This document shows, piece by piece, positions 11,813-24,400 of a stretch of 64,000 bases of DNA; within the stretch, counting starts at the first letter, position 1; each line of letters opens with the position of its first letter. Source of the DNA: Takakia lepidozioides (Eukaryota; Plantae; Bryophyta). The position numbers and the translations under genes are program-made. Where the stretch lies: positions 7,006,001-7,070,000 of the forward strand of contig CM060733.1 of assembly GCA_030704615.1 (NCBI GenBank), written 5' to 3'. The notes under the pieces were generated by a model. That model was given only the letters and a program-made list of their open reading frames with translations, was not told where the DNA came from and ran no database searches.

Positions 11813-12797
11813 TGTCGCGGCTTTTACTCACCCATCCCTTCGCTATCGAGGCGGAAACTCCAAGATAGAAGAGTTGGAAATCTCTAAGTACTCAGCCCGC
11901 GCAGAACAATCAGTCATGACCTACAGCTAGTGTATCATGGGGTGTTTTCCTATTTGTTCCCTTTTGGCATTCATGTTAGCTACTTACCATTGATAATTAA
12001 GTATCAGTTTGCTTTATCAATCTATTGGATTCCTCAACTCATCCATTCATTCCACAGCTTCACTCAGATCTCTCTACACAGTGTGATTGTATCGTAAAAG
12101 TATCAGATTATGATTTATCAGGTATCAGGCCGAAGCCATTGTGTCTCTAATCTGCTCTACAATATCAGCCTTGCATATATCAAGCATCTACTATCATCTC
12201 TCTATCTTCACTTCCGTTCTTCATCTCTGCCCGATCCCCTCTCCTCCCTGACCGAAGTCCTCCTCCGAATATGTCCCCCTCAATTCCCCGTTTCTCCCTT
12301 TATCTCCTATCCGCGGTTCTAACCGTTTCCCTCTAACCGTCGTCTGTGAACTAACATGTTCCCTTCGCAGGTGTTGTTCCCCACAGTCGTTCCCTGTCCT
12401 ACTCTTCGTTCCCTATGATCGTGACAGCTGTGTCAAGCTGTGACTGGCTGTGTGACTGTGACCTGGCTGTGTCTGTCGGGCTGTGACTGGCTGTGTGGCT
12501 GTGTGGCTGTGTCTGCTGTGACGACTGTGACGGCTGTGTGGCTGTCTGTGACGACTGTGACGGGCTGTGTTGGCTGTGTCGGCTGTGACGACTGTGACGG
12601 GCTGTGCTGTGTGTGTGTGGCTGTGTTGTGACGGAACGTTGTGTTGGCTGTGACGACTGTGACGAGTGCTGTGTAAACCCCCCTCTACAGTGCGCTGCTG
12701 TCACCCCTAAGGTTCCTCTTGGTCTCAGTCTGTGCAAAAATTAAGGGTACCCTACAGATCCCGTATAAGTGTCTAAGTCCCCGACAATCCTCTAACA
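11813..12797 (-). repeat. 5' LTR, 985 bp
   Basis: TGTCGCGG at 11813 to CTCTAACA at 12797; followed by the candidate TSD CATGC (12798-12802). Confidence 0.95.
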
Positions 12798-13431
12798 CAT
12801 GCACACGAACTTTATCCTTACCCCTTTATAAAAGCGAAGAGACTTGAATGTTCAAAAAAATCAACTACGCGATATTGGACGACAATTATGACCTCCCTTG
12901 AATACTACGAAGCTGCAAATCATCAAATGCAGGTGTTGGATTTGTGGAGTATGGTCAAATGTATCAGTGTCATCTGTAATGAAAATCAACTTAGTGGCGA
13001 CATCCCTCCTAAGTATAGCAGTCTTGCTGAGCTCTTTGAATTGTGAGACAAACAACTTTTTCTTGGGTTTCCTGATTACAAATAATGGGGTTGTAGTGCA
13101 TCACATGTTTGAAAACCTATGTTTCTGGATCCACTGCCTAGAATGCTAGTACTAGGAATGCTACTCATTTAATGTGCATTTTGTTTTCACCATGCTGCGA
13201 TTTATTCCATCCGATAGATTTCTTCAATCTTTGTGTCATCTACCTCTTCTATTATGTTCTACCCGGTTGTCTGCATATAAGTACAAATAGAATATGTTTC
13301 AGCTGTGTAGGTAACCAGCTGCTAGTAAAATTCAATTAGTACTTTAGAGTATCAATAATACCTAGATATGGTGATGTGGGTCTTACGGCTAGTTCCGTCG
13401 TGACATGTCAATCAATATTATAATTGGTCTG

Positions 13432-13940
13432 TCATAGTTGTTCAAAGAACCCAAAGGTCTCAAGCTCTAAGGATACTTTGGAGATGCCAAAATCAGCAAG
13501 CTTTGCAACCATATTCCCATCAAGAAGGACATTTGTAGGCTTCACATCCATGTGTATGACTGGTGGATTTTGCAAAGTAGTCAAGGTAGGGTGTGAGTGG
13601 GATGAGGTAGAAACCTTTTCTCTGCGTCTTAGCCGATTTGGATTCAAGTCCATTACATATCCACTTTAAATTTAACCGCTAGTCAGCAACATTGAAAAAA
13701 TGTTAAGAAATGTACAATTGGTGTTTACTATCCTTTGGCTGGTCACTACTGGAATCCATTATTTTCATTAGTTCCATCCTCCATGTTTTAAATGTAACTC
13801 TTTTTAGCTCTATGCAGAAGTAACGACATGTATCGTACTACCTAGGAGTGGAGGTATTCAAATCCTCTAGCAATGTCAACCACAATCTCTAGGCGTTGGT
13901 ACGTGTCTAGTGGCATTGTATTGACTTCGTTCCTTCCTAC
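13432..13940 (-). pseudogene. Receptor-like kinase (RLK/Pelle) catalytic domain remnant
   Basis: LDTYQRLEIVVDIARGFEYLHS, then [30 protein letters not shown] (subdomains VIa-VII); the rest is missing. Confidence 0.8.
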
Positions 13941-14208
13941 AAAGCCCGTGATGAACAAATTCAAACCCTCAAGTTCGGACATTCTGACAAGATTCCGCCC
14001 CGCTAAACAAAGTAGCGAATAATAATAGACCATGATTGTTCTGCAAATTGTATAGCAAAAGATAAGCAAAAGACTAATTTTGATTACCAAAGACGTCCTC
14101 ATATAAATTGCCATTCCTCATGAATTCATATACAAGGATCTGAAGTTCAACGGGCAACCAACAATGCCATTAATTAGGCTTGAGCAAATCATTACATTCA
14201 ATACTTTA

Positions 14209-16253
14209 GAGGGCAGCAAAGACATGAGCAGAACCCGTGAGCAGATTCCCCGTGATGCGGACCCCTAAAACCGAGGGAACAAGTGGGCCTATTGCCGTGG
14301 ACACGAACTCCACTACAACGACGCAATCTCCGCTCCATCGGACCGAAGACAGACATGTTCCATGATGACAATGTAGCACGAATGTGCGAGGAAAAGCTGA
14401 CGGATGAATGAATATGGGATGAATGAAAAAGGAATGGATGAACGTTGGATGAGTGTGGGATGAAAAATTGGCCTGATGAATGAACCATGGATGACTTCAA
14501 CAACATTTATCCTTACTGATCAGCATTTGCTTAAGGATCCATGTGTTGTTGAGTTTAAATAAGTGTATTTTAATTTGGCAAAACCTTAATTCCAGCCCAG
14601 AAGACCAGCCAAATTAAGCTGTCGTCAATGCCATCTTAATCTAGCACTTCGAGGGAAAAAAATAAAATGGTTATTATTATTATTATTGGAAAACTTAATC
14701 TGGGACGTTCGGGAAAAACAAAACAAAACGGAAACATATATATATATATATATATAGTGAAAAACTTGCAAATGAACCCAACCCCTGCTTTGCAAGCAAA
14801 AGACTTGGCGTTTATCCGACATGGATTTCTGGTTACTTGGAAGAAGGACGTGACAACGAATCATAAGTTATGTAGTCCGAGCTATTTGTAGATGCCATTC
14901 ACCTAAATAGCACACCATAAGACCACCCAGATTAAGGTGTCGTTGACGACACCTTAATCTAGGACATTCGGGAAAAAAAAAAAAAAAAAAAACAAAAAAG
15001 TTTTTTTTTTTTTTTTTTTTTTTTTTTTGGGTGGAATTCAACCCCTGCTTTGCAAGCAAAAACCTGGTGTTTTATGGTAATCTGGAAGAAGGTTATGACA
15101 ACGAATCATAAGTTATGTAGTCCGAGCTATTTGTAGATGTCATTCACCCCAAATAGCAGACCAGAAGACCACCCAGATTAAGCTATCGTCAACGATACCT
15201 TAATCTGGCACATTCGAAGGAGGAAAAAAAAAAAGAAAAGAAAAAAAACCCTGCAAGTACTCCATTTGTACTCTTGCAAGGGCTTCGTTCCATGCCTGCA
15301 AGTATGCAGGAAGACATTTTTTTGGGATGGAGGGGGAGGAGCAGCTTTACTCTCAAGTCATCGCACCACTGTCTGAGAGGTCATCGCATTCGACCCAGAC
15401 TGAGAACATTGTGGTGGAGCAAGATCTGCAAGAGCCCGATGCTCTGGATGTCGATTCCAATTTCTCATGTGAGTAAGTGAAAGTTCTATAGTGGCACTTG
15501 ACTAACACGACGGCGCATCCTTATGTATACCTCTTTGGTGCACAAGTTTGGCCAGCATAATATATGTGGAGTTACATTATTGTCATGTGTTTGCAGGAGT
15601 CCCAGGACGCCACGGTTCCTACCTTTCTTTGCCAACCCGGAATTTTTCCCAAGTCCAAGAACGGATTTTGAATTGTCATGTTATGCGGAGGCTGCAGCGT
15701 GCGAATTTAGTCTCCTCTCATCTCCCCCTCCTGTGCTTTACGACATAGATGGTTTTGTGCAGAGCAGGGCTAGTGTCTTCATAGACAGTTGTGGCTTCGT
15801 TTTGGACACTGACTCCAGTAGTAGTGAATATTCTTCGTCGGAATGAATCGTCTATTTTCAAACGATTTTTATTAAAGCACTAAATGACCTCTCCACCTTC
15901 TTCGCAATTGGGTGTGAGCATCTCTCGACTTAAGATACCTGGTAAAAGGACAACCACAACCCTCTTCAGTTGGTAGGGGTTCACTCTGGAGTTCGGGAGA
16001 TTTGGCAACCACTACTAGTTTTTTAATTTTCCATTCATCCACAAACTATATTCATCCATGTGCCATTCGTCCAACAGACATTCATCCGTCATTCATCCAT
16101 AACGACCTTGTCTGTATGCATGTTATACTGGCCACTATCCGCAGTAATAGGTCCTCTAAGCCAAACAGGTGTCCACAGTTATAGGTGAGCAGATCTTGAA
16201 GCGTGAGCAGAATTCTGATCACGGAATTTTCTGCTCACGATTTAGCAATCCCC
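14209..16253. mobile_element. Non-autonomous Mutator-like element (MULE)
   Basis: 9-bp TSD AATACTTTA (14200-14208 and 16254-16262). G...C termini. Imperfect TIRs match 17 of the first 25 nt, including TGAGCAGAA. Subterminal GGATGA and TCATCC arrays are inverted relative to each other. Confidence 0.75.
14597..15260. repeat. About 2.3 tandem copies of a 250-320 bp unit, each starting with a 32-36 bp palindrome
   Basis: Shared CCA(G/T)AAGACCA-[A(G/A)ATTAAG..TCGT..A.G..A.CTTAATCT]-..TTCG-polyA blocks, and ATCATAAGTTATGTAGTCCGAGCTATTTGTAGATG blocks at about 14861 and 15104. Confidence 0.85.
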
Positions 16254-18462
16254 AATACTTTAAGGAATATTAATCGTATACACTGGCTCTTTTTGCGTTC
16301 CCTACACACTACCTTGGTCTACACCCTTGGACTACTCCCCCTCACACCGCCATATGCCCGGGGATTGGTATGGCGTGAGCAGGATCCACGGTTATAGGGG
16401 TGATATATATGCCAACAGAAATACATAATAGACGGACATAAGGTCTTTCTGCGTTAATAGGGTCTCCATGGTGTCTAAATATAATCTTAAACATAGAGAA
16501 GGAGCTTGAAAGGGAGAAACCTTTATAGAAATAAAAAAAAAAACCAAACCCCAACCAAACCCCAAACCCCAAACACCAAATGAAACCCAAGTTTCGCTAA
16601 CAAAAACCCAAGATGCGTATGTGTTTGCTGGCGAAACCCATTTTTGAGTGGGCCTTGGGGATGTTCTACACACAATGTTTTACCAAATGCCACATTGTTT
16701 ATGTGCACCAACCTTTGAGTTTTGGCAGATATAATTGTGTGTGCTCACGTGAGTTAAGCTTTGGACAATTAATTTCATATGTTTTATCGCATGAGCACGG
16801 TTTTCAGCTAGTCCCAGTATTTTTTTTTTCCGCATAAGCACATTTTAGTTTCGGTATGGCACATTCTTCGGATTCTTGGGGAATATGCAGAATATGCCTC
16901 TGTGCTCACGCTGGCTTGCGTGAGCCTGCTTACACCCAACTTGTATGCCCGAAGAGGAAAAACTTTTCATATACACATAGGGCCACCTCGCCTGCCCACA
17001 CATCTAACCCGAGTATGCAAGATTTTGGGCGGGCCTCATGGAGACCTAACCCGCTTATGCAAGTCTTGGGGTAGGCCCAAACATAGGCAAGCCCGTCTAA
17101 AACAATAATAAATGCAACAATTCTTCAAAATTTGTGCAATTCTTATACAGTCAGTCGTCAAAGATTATTTGTTCTAGATTTGGTTTTTGAATTTAAATAT
17201 AATACTATTGCAATCGAAAGTTTGATATTTTGAGTTTATGAAATTTGGGTATCTAATTTTCGCATGTCAACAGCTTCGTTTGTTGCAAATTTTTTGGCTT
17301 TTTTTTGTTTTATATAAAGTTTTTTTTTCTTAGTACTCAATTTTTTAAAAGCGTCGTGTAATGTAGCATGACCATCTATTGAACTGGATTCTAGTGCTCA
17401 AAATGGCCAAAATAATAATTATTGTTCTTGATAGTAGTTTTTTGGATCTTGATGTATGTTATAATGTACACATCCAATAATTGTATTGGTACGAAGTTTC
17501 TGAATACTAAACATCTTACATTTTGCGATTGTTTTAGCAAAAGAAGGATGTTCAAGCGATTCTGGACGATCTCTGAATTTATCAATGTTTGATTAACACT
17601 TCAAATTTGGATGAAGATCATATAGATAACGTTGTGGTTTGAGTACAAATGCACATTCTTTAGGAGATGATGTATTGATTACCGAACATGTTCTTGATGA
17701 ATGATGTGATGATATTGAAAAAATTAATATACGGCTAATTGAGCAAAAAACATTATCCATTTATTTTATACATTTTGTGGCTTCGGATTGTTCTTGTTTG
17801 CAAGAATTTTTTGTAATTCATTGTAATGGTTTTGTCTACTTATATAAAATATGATATTTAGTAATTATATCATTTGGTTTGTGTTCCAAAAATAGAGAAG
17901 GCTTCATAAGTCTATTTCCAAGACCCATTTCATATAATTCGTACTCACTATTGTAATGCATTCCAAACTCTCACCGGAGGGATTGAGTACTGAAACATGT
18001 CATTATCAAGGAGTCAAGTTTTGGCATGTGCTCACCTTGAATTGCCATGCTGTGGATGTCATTTTGACCCCCTTTCAAACACATACAAAAGACCCTAATA
18101 AAAAAAATGTTATGTGGCTCAAAAGTTTCATAGTAGTAGTTGGCTAGGATACTGTACACTATACCATATTTGTATGCGGGAGATAGAAGCAGGAAAAATC
18201 AACTTGTCACTCAAACAGCTTAGTCAAAGCTCAAGTTGCTACAATCCCCCTGTTCCATTTTATTTTTTTTTAAAAACATACTTTCCAAAATTCAAAAACA
18301 AAAAAACCCCCAACTAAAACACTAAATTTTTCTTGTCTTGTGGGGAATTTCTCCACAGTGGATGTACATGGTAGGCAAGGTAAATCTGGTAAGGTTCATT
18401 TTTTGAATGTAACCCGGCAGGTGTGTAGCCTCAGGTTACCATTTTGGGGGCTGAAATTTGCC

Positions 18463-21400
18463 ATGGAAGCTTCACGGAGGGGTGGGCTGGAAACTGTGGA
18501 TGCTCCTCTGCAGTTTGCACGCCGCATAGCATCCAGATTTATTGCGAGCAATCTGAAGCTGATTACGGGGCTTTCGAGATCAATAGCGGGTGACGAGGTC
18601 GATGGACGGAAGAATGAGCAAATAGGGCACATGGAGGTGGAGAAAAATGTGTGGTGTCCTCCACACGGTTTCATATCCAGCAAGGAGGTTTCCAACCACC
18701 GAAGAAGATATTCACAGAGCCCAAATACAGACGACGAGAAACTTTGGGACGAATATCTCCCGAACCCAATTCAATGGTGGGACCATCAGGCCAATAAGGT
18801 GTGTGTGTGTGTGTCTCTCTCTCTCTCTCTTTCCTTGAATGTGGCTAAGTTCTTTGGAATAACAATCAATAATTGCCTGATCCATGTGGCTCTCCCTCTA
18901 TCCTTGAGTATAGCTAACTCCACTCTTAATCCTTCTCGTGGTGTTGAGAAATTGTTTTTGAGCTGCTCGTACATTTCTGTCTGTAATGTAAGGGAGAACA
19001 TTCATGAAAGTTATTACTGAACGACCAGGACATTTGATGGCGAACTATCTGCATGATATCTCGTGCTAGCCCTGTAGCAGGAGTGTATGTGTACACCTCC
19101 TACATGATCGGGTCAATCTACATTCTCTGGTGGCTGGTCTACTCTAGCCAATGCCTTGTGTCGGATTTAGGAAACCTAAAAATGAGATGCTTGAGGATCT
19201 CTCTCTCTCTCTCTCTCTCTCTCTTTCGAGCAGAATCTATACACGGGGTAATTGTCCCCAAGCAGTCTGACGGACAATATGCCCCTAAGTGTGCGGAGCC
19301 TGTGCGTCGTGTAACTGAAGGATTTGGTACCCTGAATGGTTTACCAATTCTCAAAGTCTACACAAGACGAGCAAAATCTACACATGGGGTAACTGTCCCC
19401 CCTTTGCAGAACGGTTAGCCGTCCAGGAGCAATCACAAGCTACCTAGACGACAAACAATTCACATGCAAAGGGCTGGCTTGCGGCTGGCCACTTTCAACT
19501 TCTCAGGGCTTACTAACCAAAGCAAACAACTCGAAGTGGGACAAGTCCTTCGGACTAATGATATTCATATCTGTGCTGGGCAAGAAACATGGGAAACGTT
19601 GGATAAACTGGTTGGAGATGTCAATGGTTATAAATGGGCAGGTAGGATGTGTACTCTCAAGGCAGCCTCTGCCAAACGCGGTCAAAAAGGGGTTGGATTC
19701 TTTGTCCGTGATTTCTTGTTGATAATTGTGAAATTATCAACAAGGGTTTGAGGTACGAGTATAGTATCTGGCTAAAACTGAATCTGAAGGGCGGCATGAG
19801 TACGAAGGACCTCTTTGTGGGTTGTGTTTACATGCCCACAGAGGGGATCCTTAGTGCTGACGCAGACAAAGCCTTCGAAGATGTAAAGCTGGACTGTGCT
19901 TCGTTCCTTGCCAAAGGTCAGGTAGTGCTATTGGGTGACTTCAATGCCCGGGTGGGCAAAGGGCTCCATCAGGACGATATCATTGGGCCTTTTGGTGAGG
20001 ACGAGCTGAATTCTAATGGCAGACGGTTAATTAACTGTCTGGAAGAGCTTCAGCTTTTGACCTTGAATAACAGGACAAGAGGTGACCAAGTGCAGTGGGA
20101 CTCGTGAGAAATCCCAAACTGGGGAACGTTCCATTGTGGACTATATCATAATGGACAAAAATTTGTTTCCCCAGTGTGCCAATGTGTTGATCGACAGAAC
20201 TGATATTGGTACCTCTGACCACTTCCTGGTTTGGACTGAGATCAAAAGGTGTTTTCCCAACACCAAGACATCTGTGAAACGTTCGATTCGGAAGTGGCGC
20301 ATAGAAAAATTCCATAATGAGGAGGTCAAGGCTGAGTACGTCCAGGCCTTGCAAGAGGCTCTCCCTCATTTTGTCCAATCGCTCCAAGAACTTCAGTCTC
20401 GCTCTGACAACGCAAGAAATGAAGTCGAAAGAGCAGTGGACTCTTGGGAGAGTTTCGTTTCCTCCGTGGCTGACAAGATCATTGGGAGGAAACTAATTGT
20501 CTGCGGTAGAGCTGTTAATTGGTGGACCAATGAGATCAAACTCAAGATAGCTGAGAGACGAGCCCTTTATAAAGAGTGCTGCAATTTGAAAACCAACAGA
20601 GAATTGTGGGCGAGGTACTACCAGCTCCGTAAAGATATCAATCAGCTTGTTAGGTCTCAGAAGAAATTATACTGGGACAAGTTATACAGTGAAATAAACT
20701 CAAACCACCATGGTGGTAATGACAAGAAATTCTGGTTGGCCCTTCAACGTTTGTACAAGCCTAAAAACGGTCAGCAAGTACAAGCGCTGAAGACTACTAA
20801 AGGTGCAGTGGTGACTTCATCGGTTTGACATTGTCAAAACCTTTGAAAATCACTACAGTATCCTTGGCAGAACTTCTAGGTCTAACAGTGAGGGGTCTTC
20901 TGCTGAATGGAGGGACACAGTTGGAAAAACTGTTCCTATGATTCACAACAGCCCTGATGAACTGGAGTATATTTCAATGGCTTATAACTCCCATTAGTTC
21001 TTCTCTGAGATTGTGGAAGCAATTGAACATTTAAATGGATATAAAGCTGGTGGACCTGATGGTATTGTCAACGAGCTTATCAAGCACGGTGGCGATCCCA
21101 TGATAGAGGCCCTAGTTCTCCTCTTTAACCTTATCTGGAAGACTGAAATGATCCCCTTTCGCTGGCGACAGGGGGTCATTGTCAATCTATACAAGAAGGG
21201 TGACAGAGAAGAACCGGGGAACTACCGTGGCATCACGCTCCTCAATGCTGTTGGCAAGACATTCTGCAGAGTTATAAGTACTCGTCTCGAGGTTGATCTG
21301 GAGTCTAGAGGTTGTTCCACGAAGGCCAAGCTGACTTTCGGCGAAACAGGGGCTGTGTGGATCGTATCTTCACTCTAAGCCAGATTATCCAGGGAAGGAA

Positions 21401-24400
21401 AAAAGAAGGGAAACCCACTTATGTTTTTTTCCTGGATGTCAAAAAGGCTTATAACACAGTGTGGAGAGATGGGCTATGGTTCCGCCTCTGGTCTTGTGGG
21501 ATCAAGGGAAAGATGTGGAGAGTTGTCCACAACTTGTATGCTCACACCAAAAGCTGTGTCACTGTTAACGGACAGAAGTCCAACTTCTTTGACATAGACC
21601 AAGGTGTAGCTCAAGGTTGTACTCTCTCCCCTCTGCTCTTCAATGTTTTTATCAATCAACTCCTCGAGGATGTGGAAAGTGAGGGATTTGGGTTAAGGGT
21701 GGGTGATACCACCATACCAGCCCTTATGTTTGCGGATGACTTCGCAGGCATAGGGGAGACTCCAACCAATCTCCAGGAGTTGATTGATTGATCTTTGGGG
21801 GCTAGAGGCTAATGTCAGCAAATGTGCAGTGGTAGCATTCAACGACAGAGGAGAGGGAGGAAGTGATCTTAAGTGGCAGTGGGGTAGCCAAGAGATCCCG
21901 GTCCTCCCTTCCTACACTTACCTGGGCGTTGAATTTTCCTCCAATTGTAATTGGGATGCACATATCCGGAAAGTTGTTCAAACTGGCAAGGGCAAAGCTC
22001 TGGGGCTCACTAAATTTTTCCACTGCAGAGGGGTCAACTCTGAGGTTAAGAAAACCATGCTTTGCCGCGTTATTAGACCTGCCTTGGAGTACGGATCTGC
22101 TATATGGGTTGATAACTCCAACCAGGCTAAGTCTCTAGAATCCATTCAAGTGGGGTGCTTAAGGAGTGTATGTCAGCATGCTCCAAAACAGCCAATGTGG
22201 CTGTTCGGGGAGTTTGGCATTCCGTCCTTAAGCTCCCGACGAGATGAATTCAAGGTCAGATGGTGGGGTCAGCTGCAACATATGCCCAACACCAGATATC
22301 CTAAGTTAATCGACTCTATATCTTGGAAACAGGACCGCCCTGTCAAACAGGCTAAGTCCTGGCAGACGAGAGTAGGAGAGATTCTCAAGGTCCTGGACCT
22401 GGATCCGCAAGTCTTGACCCTGCTGGATAAATCTGATTTAGAGGCTGTAGTGTCCGATGCCATGTCTGTTGCCATGAGATTGTCTGATGAAAATGAAGTT
22501 AGGCAGAAAACCTCCCTGAACTTGTTTCCTGTCAGTGACATGGGGAGGACATCTTGGATGACCTCAAGGGTCTACCCACTCTTGGCACTAGACTGAAATT
22601 TAAACTCAGGGCAGGAAGCCTACCTTTGAACAGCAAACAGAAGCAGAGAGGAAAGGGAGAGAGCAATTGCCCATTGTGTGGGCAATCTGAAGACAGTAAT
22701 CATTTTCTGATACACTGTCCGGGGTTCTCTCACCAAAGAGACGCTCTCTTCAACTCTATCAAGGGAATTGTGTCTGTACCCCTGTTTACCAACTTTGAAA
22801 GTCTCGAGGCTGAGCCAAAAGCCCAGGCCCTCCTGAGGCCTAGTTTTTGGGCAAATCACACACAGCAGATTGATGCTTGTGTGAAGGGATTTCTAGAGGA
22901 TATCTGGGAAACCCGGATTAATTCTTTATATGAAGGTAAGTCTTACTACCAACGTCAGCCCCTGACAGAGGTAGGTTCTGTCCCTTTTGTTCCCGCTCAA
23001 ACTGGGCGCGGGGTCAATGGCCACAAGGCTACGGCAAACAACGTCTTATGAGTACAATCTCTCTCTCTCTTTCCTTGAATCGCATGCCTAGTTCCAGATA
23101 CCCTAAGATAATCGACTCTATTTCTTGGAAGCAAGACCGTCCTGTTAAACAGGCTAAGTCTTGGCGGAAAAGGATAGAAGAGATTTTCAAGTATCTGAAT
23201 ATGAAACAGTAGAATTCACCCTGCTGTATGAACCTGACCTGGAGGGTTGTGTCCAAAGCCATGTCTGATGCCTAAAGACACGTCCGATGAAATCAAGTTA
23301 GGCATAAAACTTTCCTGAACTTGTTTCCAGTCTATGATATGGGCGAGGACCTTAAGGATGATCTCAAGGGCCTACCTACCCTTGCCACTAGACTGAAATT
23401 TAAACTCGGGGCGGAAAGCCTACCTTTGAACAATAAACAGATGCAGAGAGGAACAGGAGATTGTAATTGCCCTATGTGCGGGCATCCTGAAGACAATATC
23501 CATGCTCTGGATATATTGTCCGGGGAGGTTCTCAGCAGAGAGTGACCTTCTTCAGGACTGTCAAAAACATTGTCCTAGCACCTCTATTCACCAACATTCA
23601 AAATCTTGAGACTGAGCCTAAAGCCCTGTTGGGGTCTAACCTTTGGGCTGCTCACACACAGCAGATTGATGCTTGTGTGAAGGGCTTTCTCGAGGATACC
23701 TGGAAAGCCCGAACTAATTGTTTATACGTTTATACCAGGTAAGTTACACTACCAGATTGAGCCCCTCACAAAGGTAGTTTCTGGTTCCTTTTGTTCTGCC
23801 CAAACTGGGCAAGGGGTATGGCCACAAGGCTACAGCAAACAACGTCTTATGAGTGCATTCTCTCTCTTTCCTTGAATGTGGCTAAGTTCTTTGTAACAAC
23901 ATTCAAGAATTGCCTGATCCCATTATTCCGTTTAGAATTTTTGGCCTAAAACAGAACCGGAAATGGAGAGAACGGGATGACTCACTCATAGGTCTTAACC
24001 TAATGCAGTTGCCTTATTAGGCTAGAAAGCCTGGCCACTCTTCTCATGTGGAAGAGGAGCAGGCAAGAGCTGAAGGAGGTGACTACCTTACTGCTGAACT
24101 ATGGCTACAAGCAAGGTATCCATTCAGACTCTTTAAACACTTTGAAGGGCTGCTTAGTATGGCAACACACAGAGTTGACACATGAGGAACTTACATGGAC
24201 TTGACTAAGCTTTACTCTGAGTCTAAGAAAACTTCTGCAAACGCTTCTATGTGAGCCCCTGCTTGAGTACTTGGTCTAGTAACACTTTCCTCTTAGGAAT
24301 GAGTGCTTACTGTCATGAGACCACCACCCCCTCCCTTTGGAGCATGGGCTGAAATAGGTGCTGCTGAGTTGTGTACCTACTCCTGGCTAAAATGGCTGAA

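Larger units (their letters stand above)
1..12797 (-). mobile_element. Ty3/Gypsy LTR retrotransposon, non-chromovirus type (no chromodomain and no extra archaeal-type RNase H seen; Phygy/Selgy-like by inference), near full length; 3' LTR starts before the window
   Basis: Two near-identical direct repeats (1-758 matches about 11922-12797). TG...CA termini, PBS and PPT are present. Domain order on the minus strand is gag-PR-RT-RH-INT. Confidence 0.95.

Noticed and set aside
14597-15260. Palindromic repeats as a CRISPR array
   Set aside because: The intervening sequences are 200+ bp and homologous to each other; eukaryotic TE context.
16500-18330. AT-rich region with decayed repeat motifs
   Set aside because: Probably old DNA-transposon debris, but no TIR or TSD could be defined.
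19241-19292. Hairpin GGGGTA-ATTGTCC...GGACAAT-ATGCCCC near the LINE 5' end as a self-cleaving ribozyme
   Set aside because: No hammerhead (CUGANGA/GAAA) or HDV core recognisable; it lies in a probable ORF1 remnant of a truncated copy.
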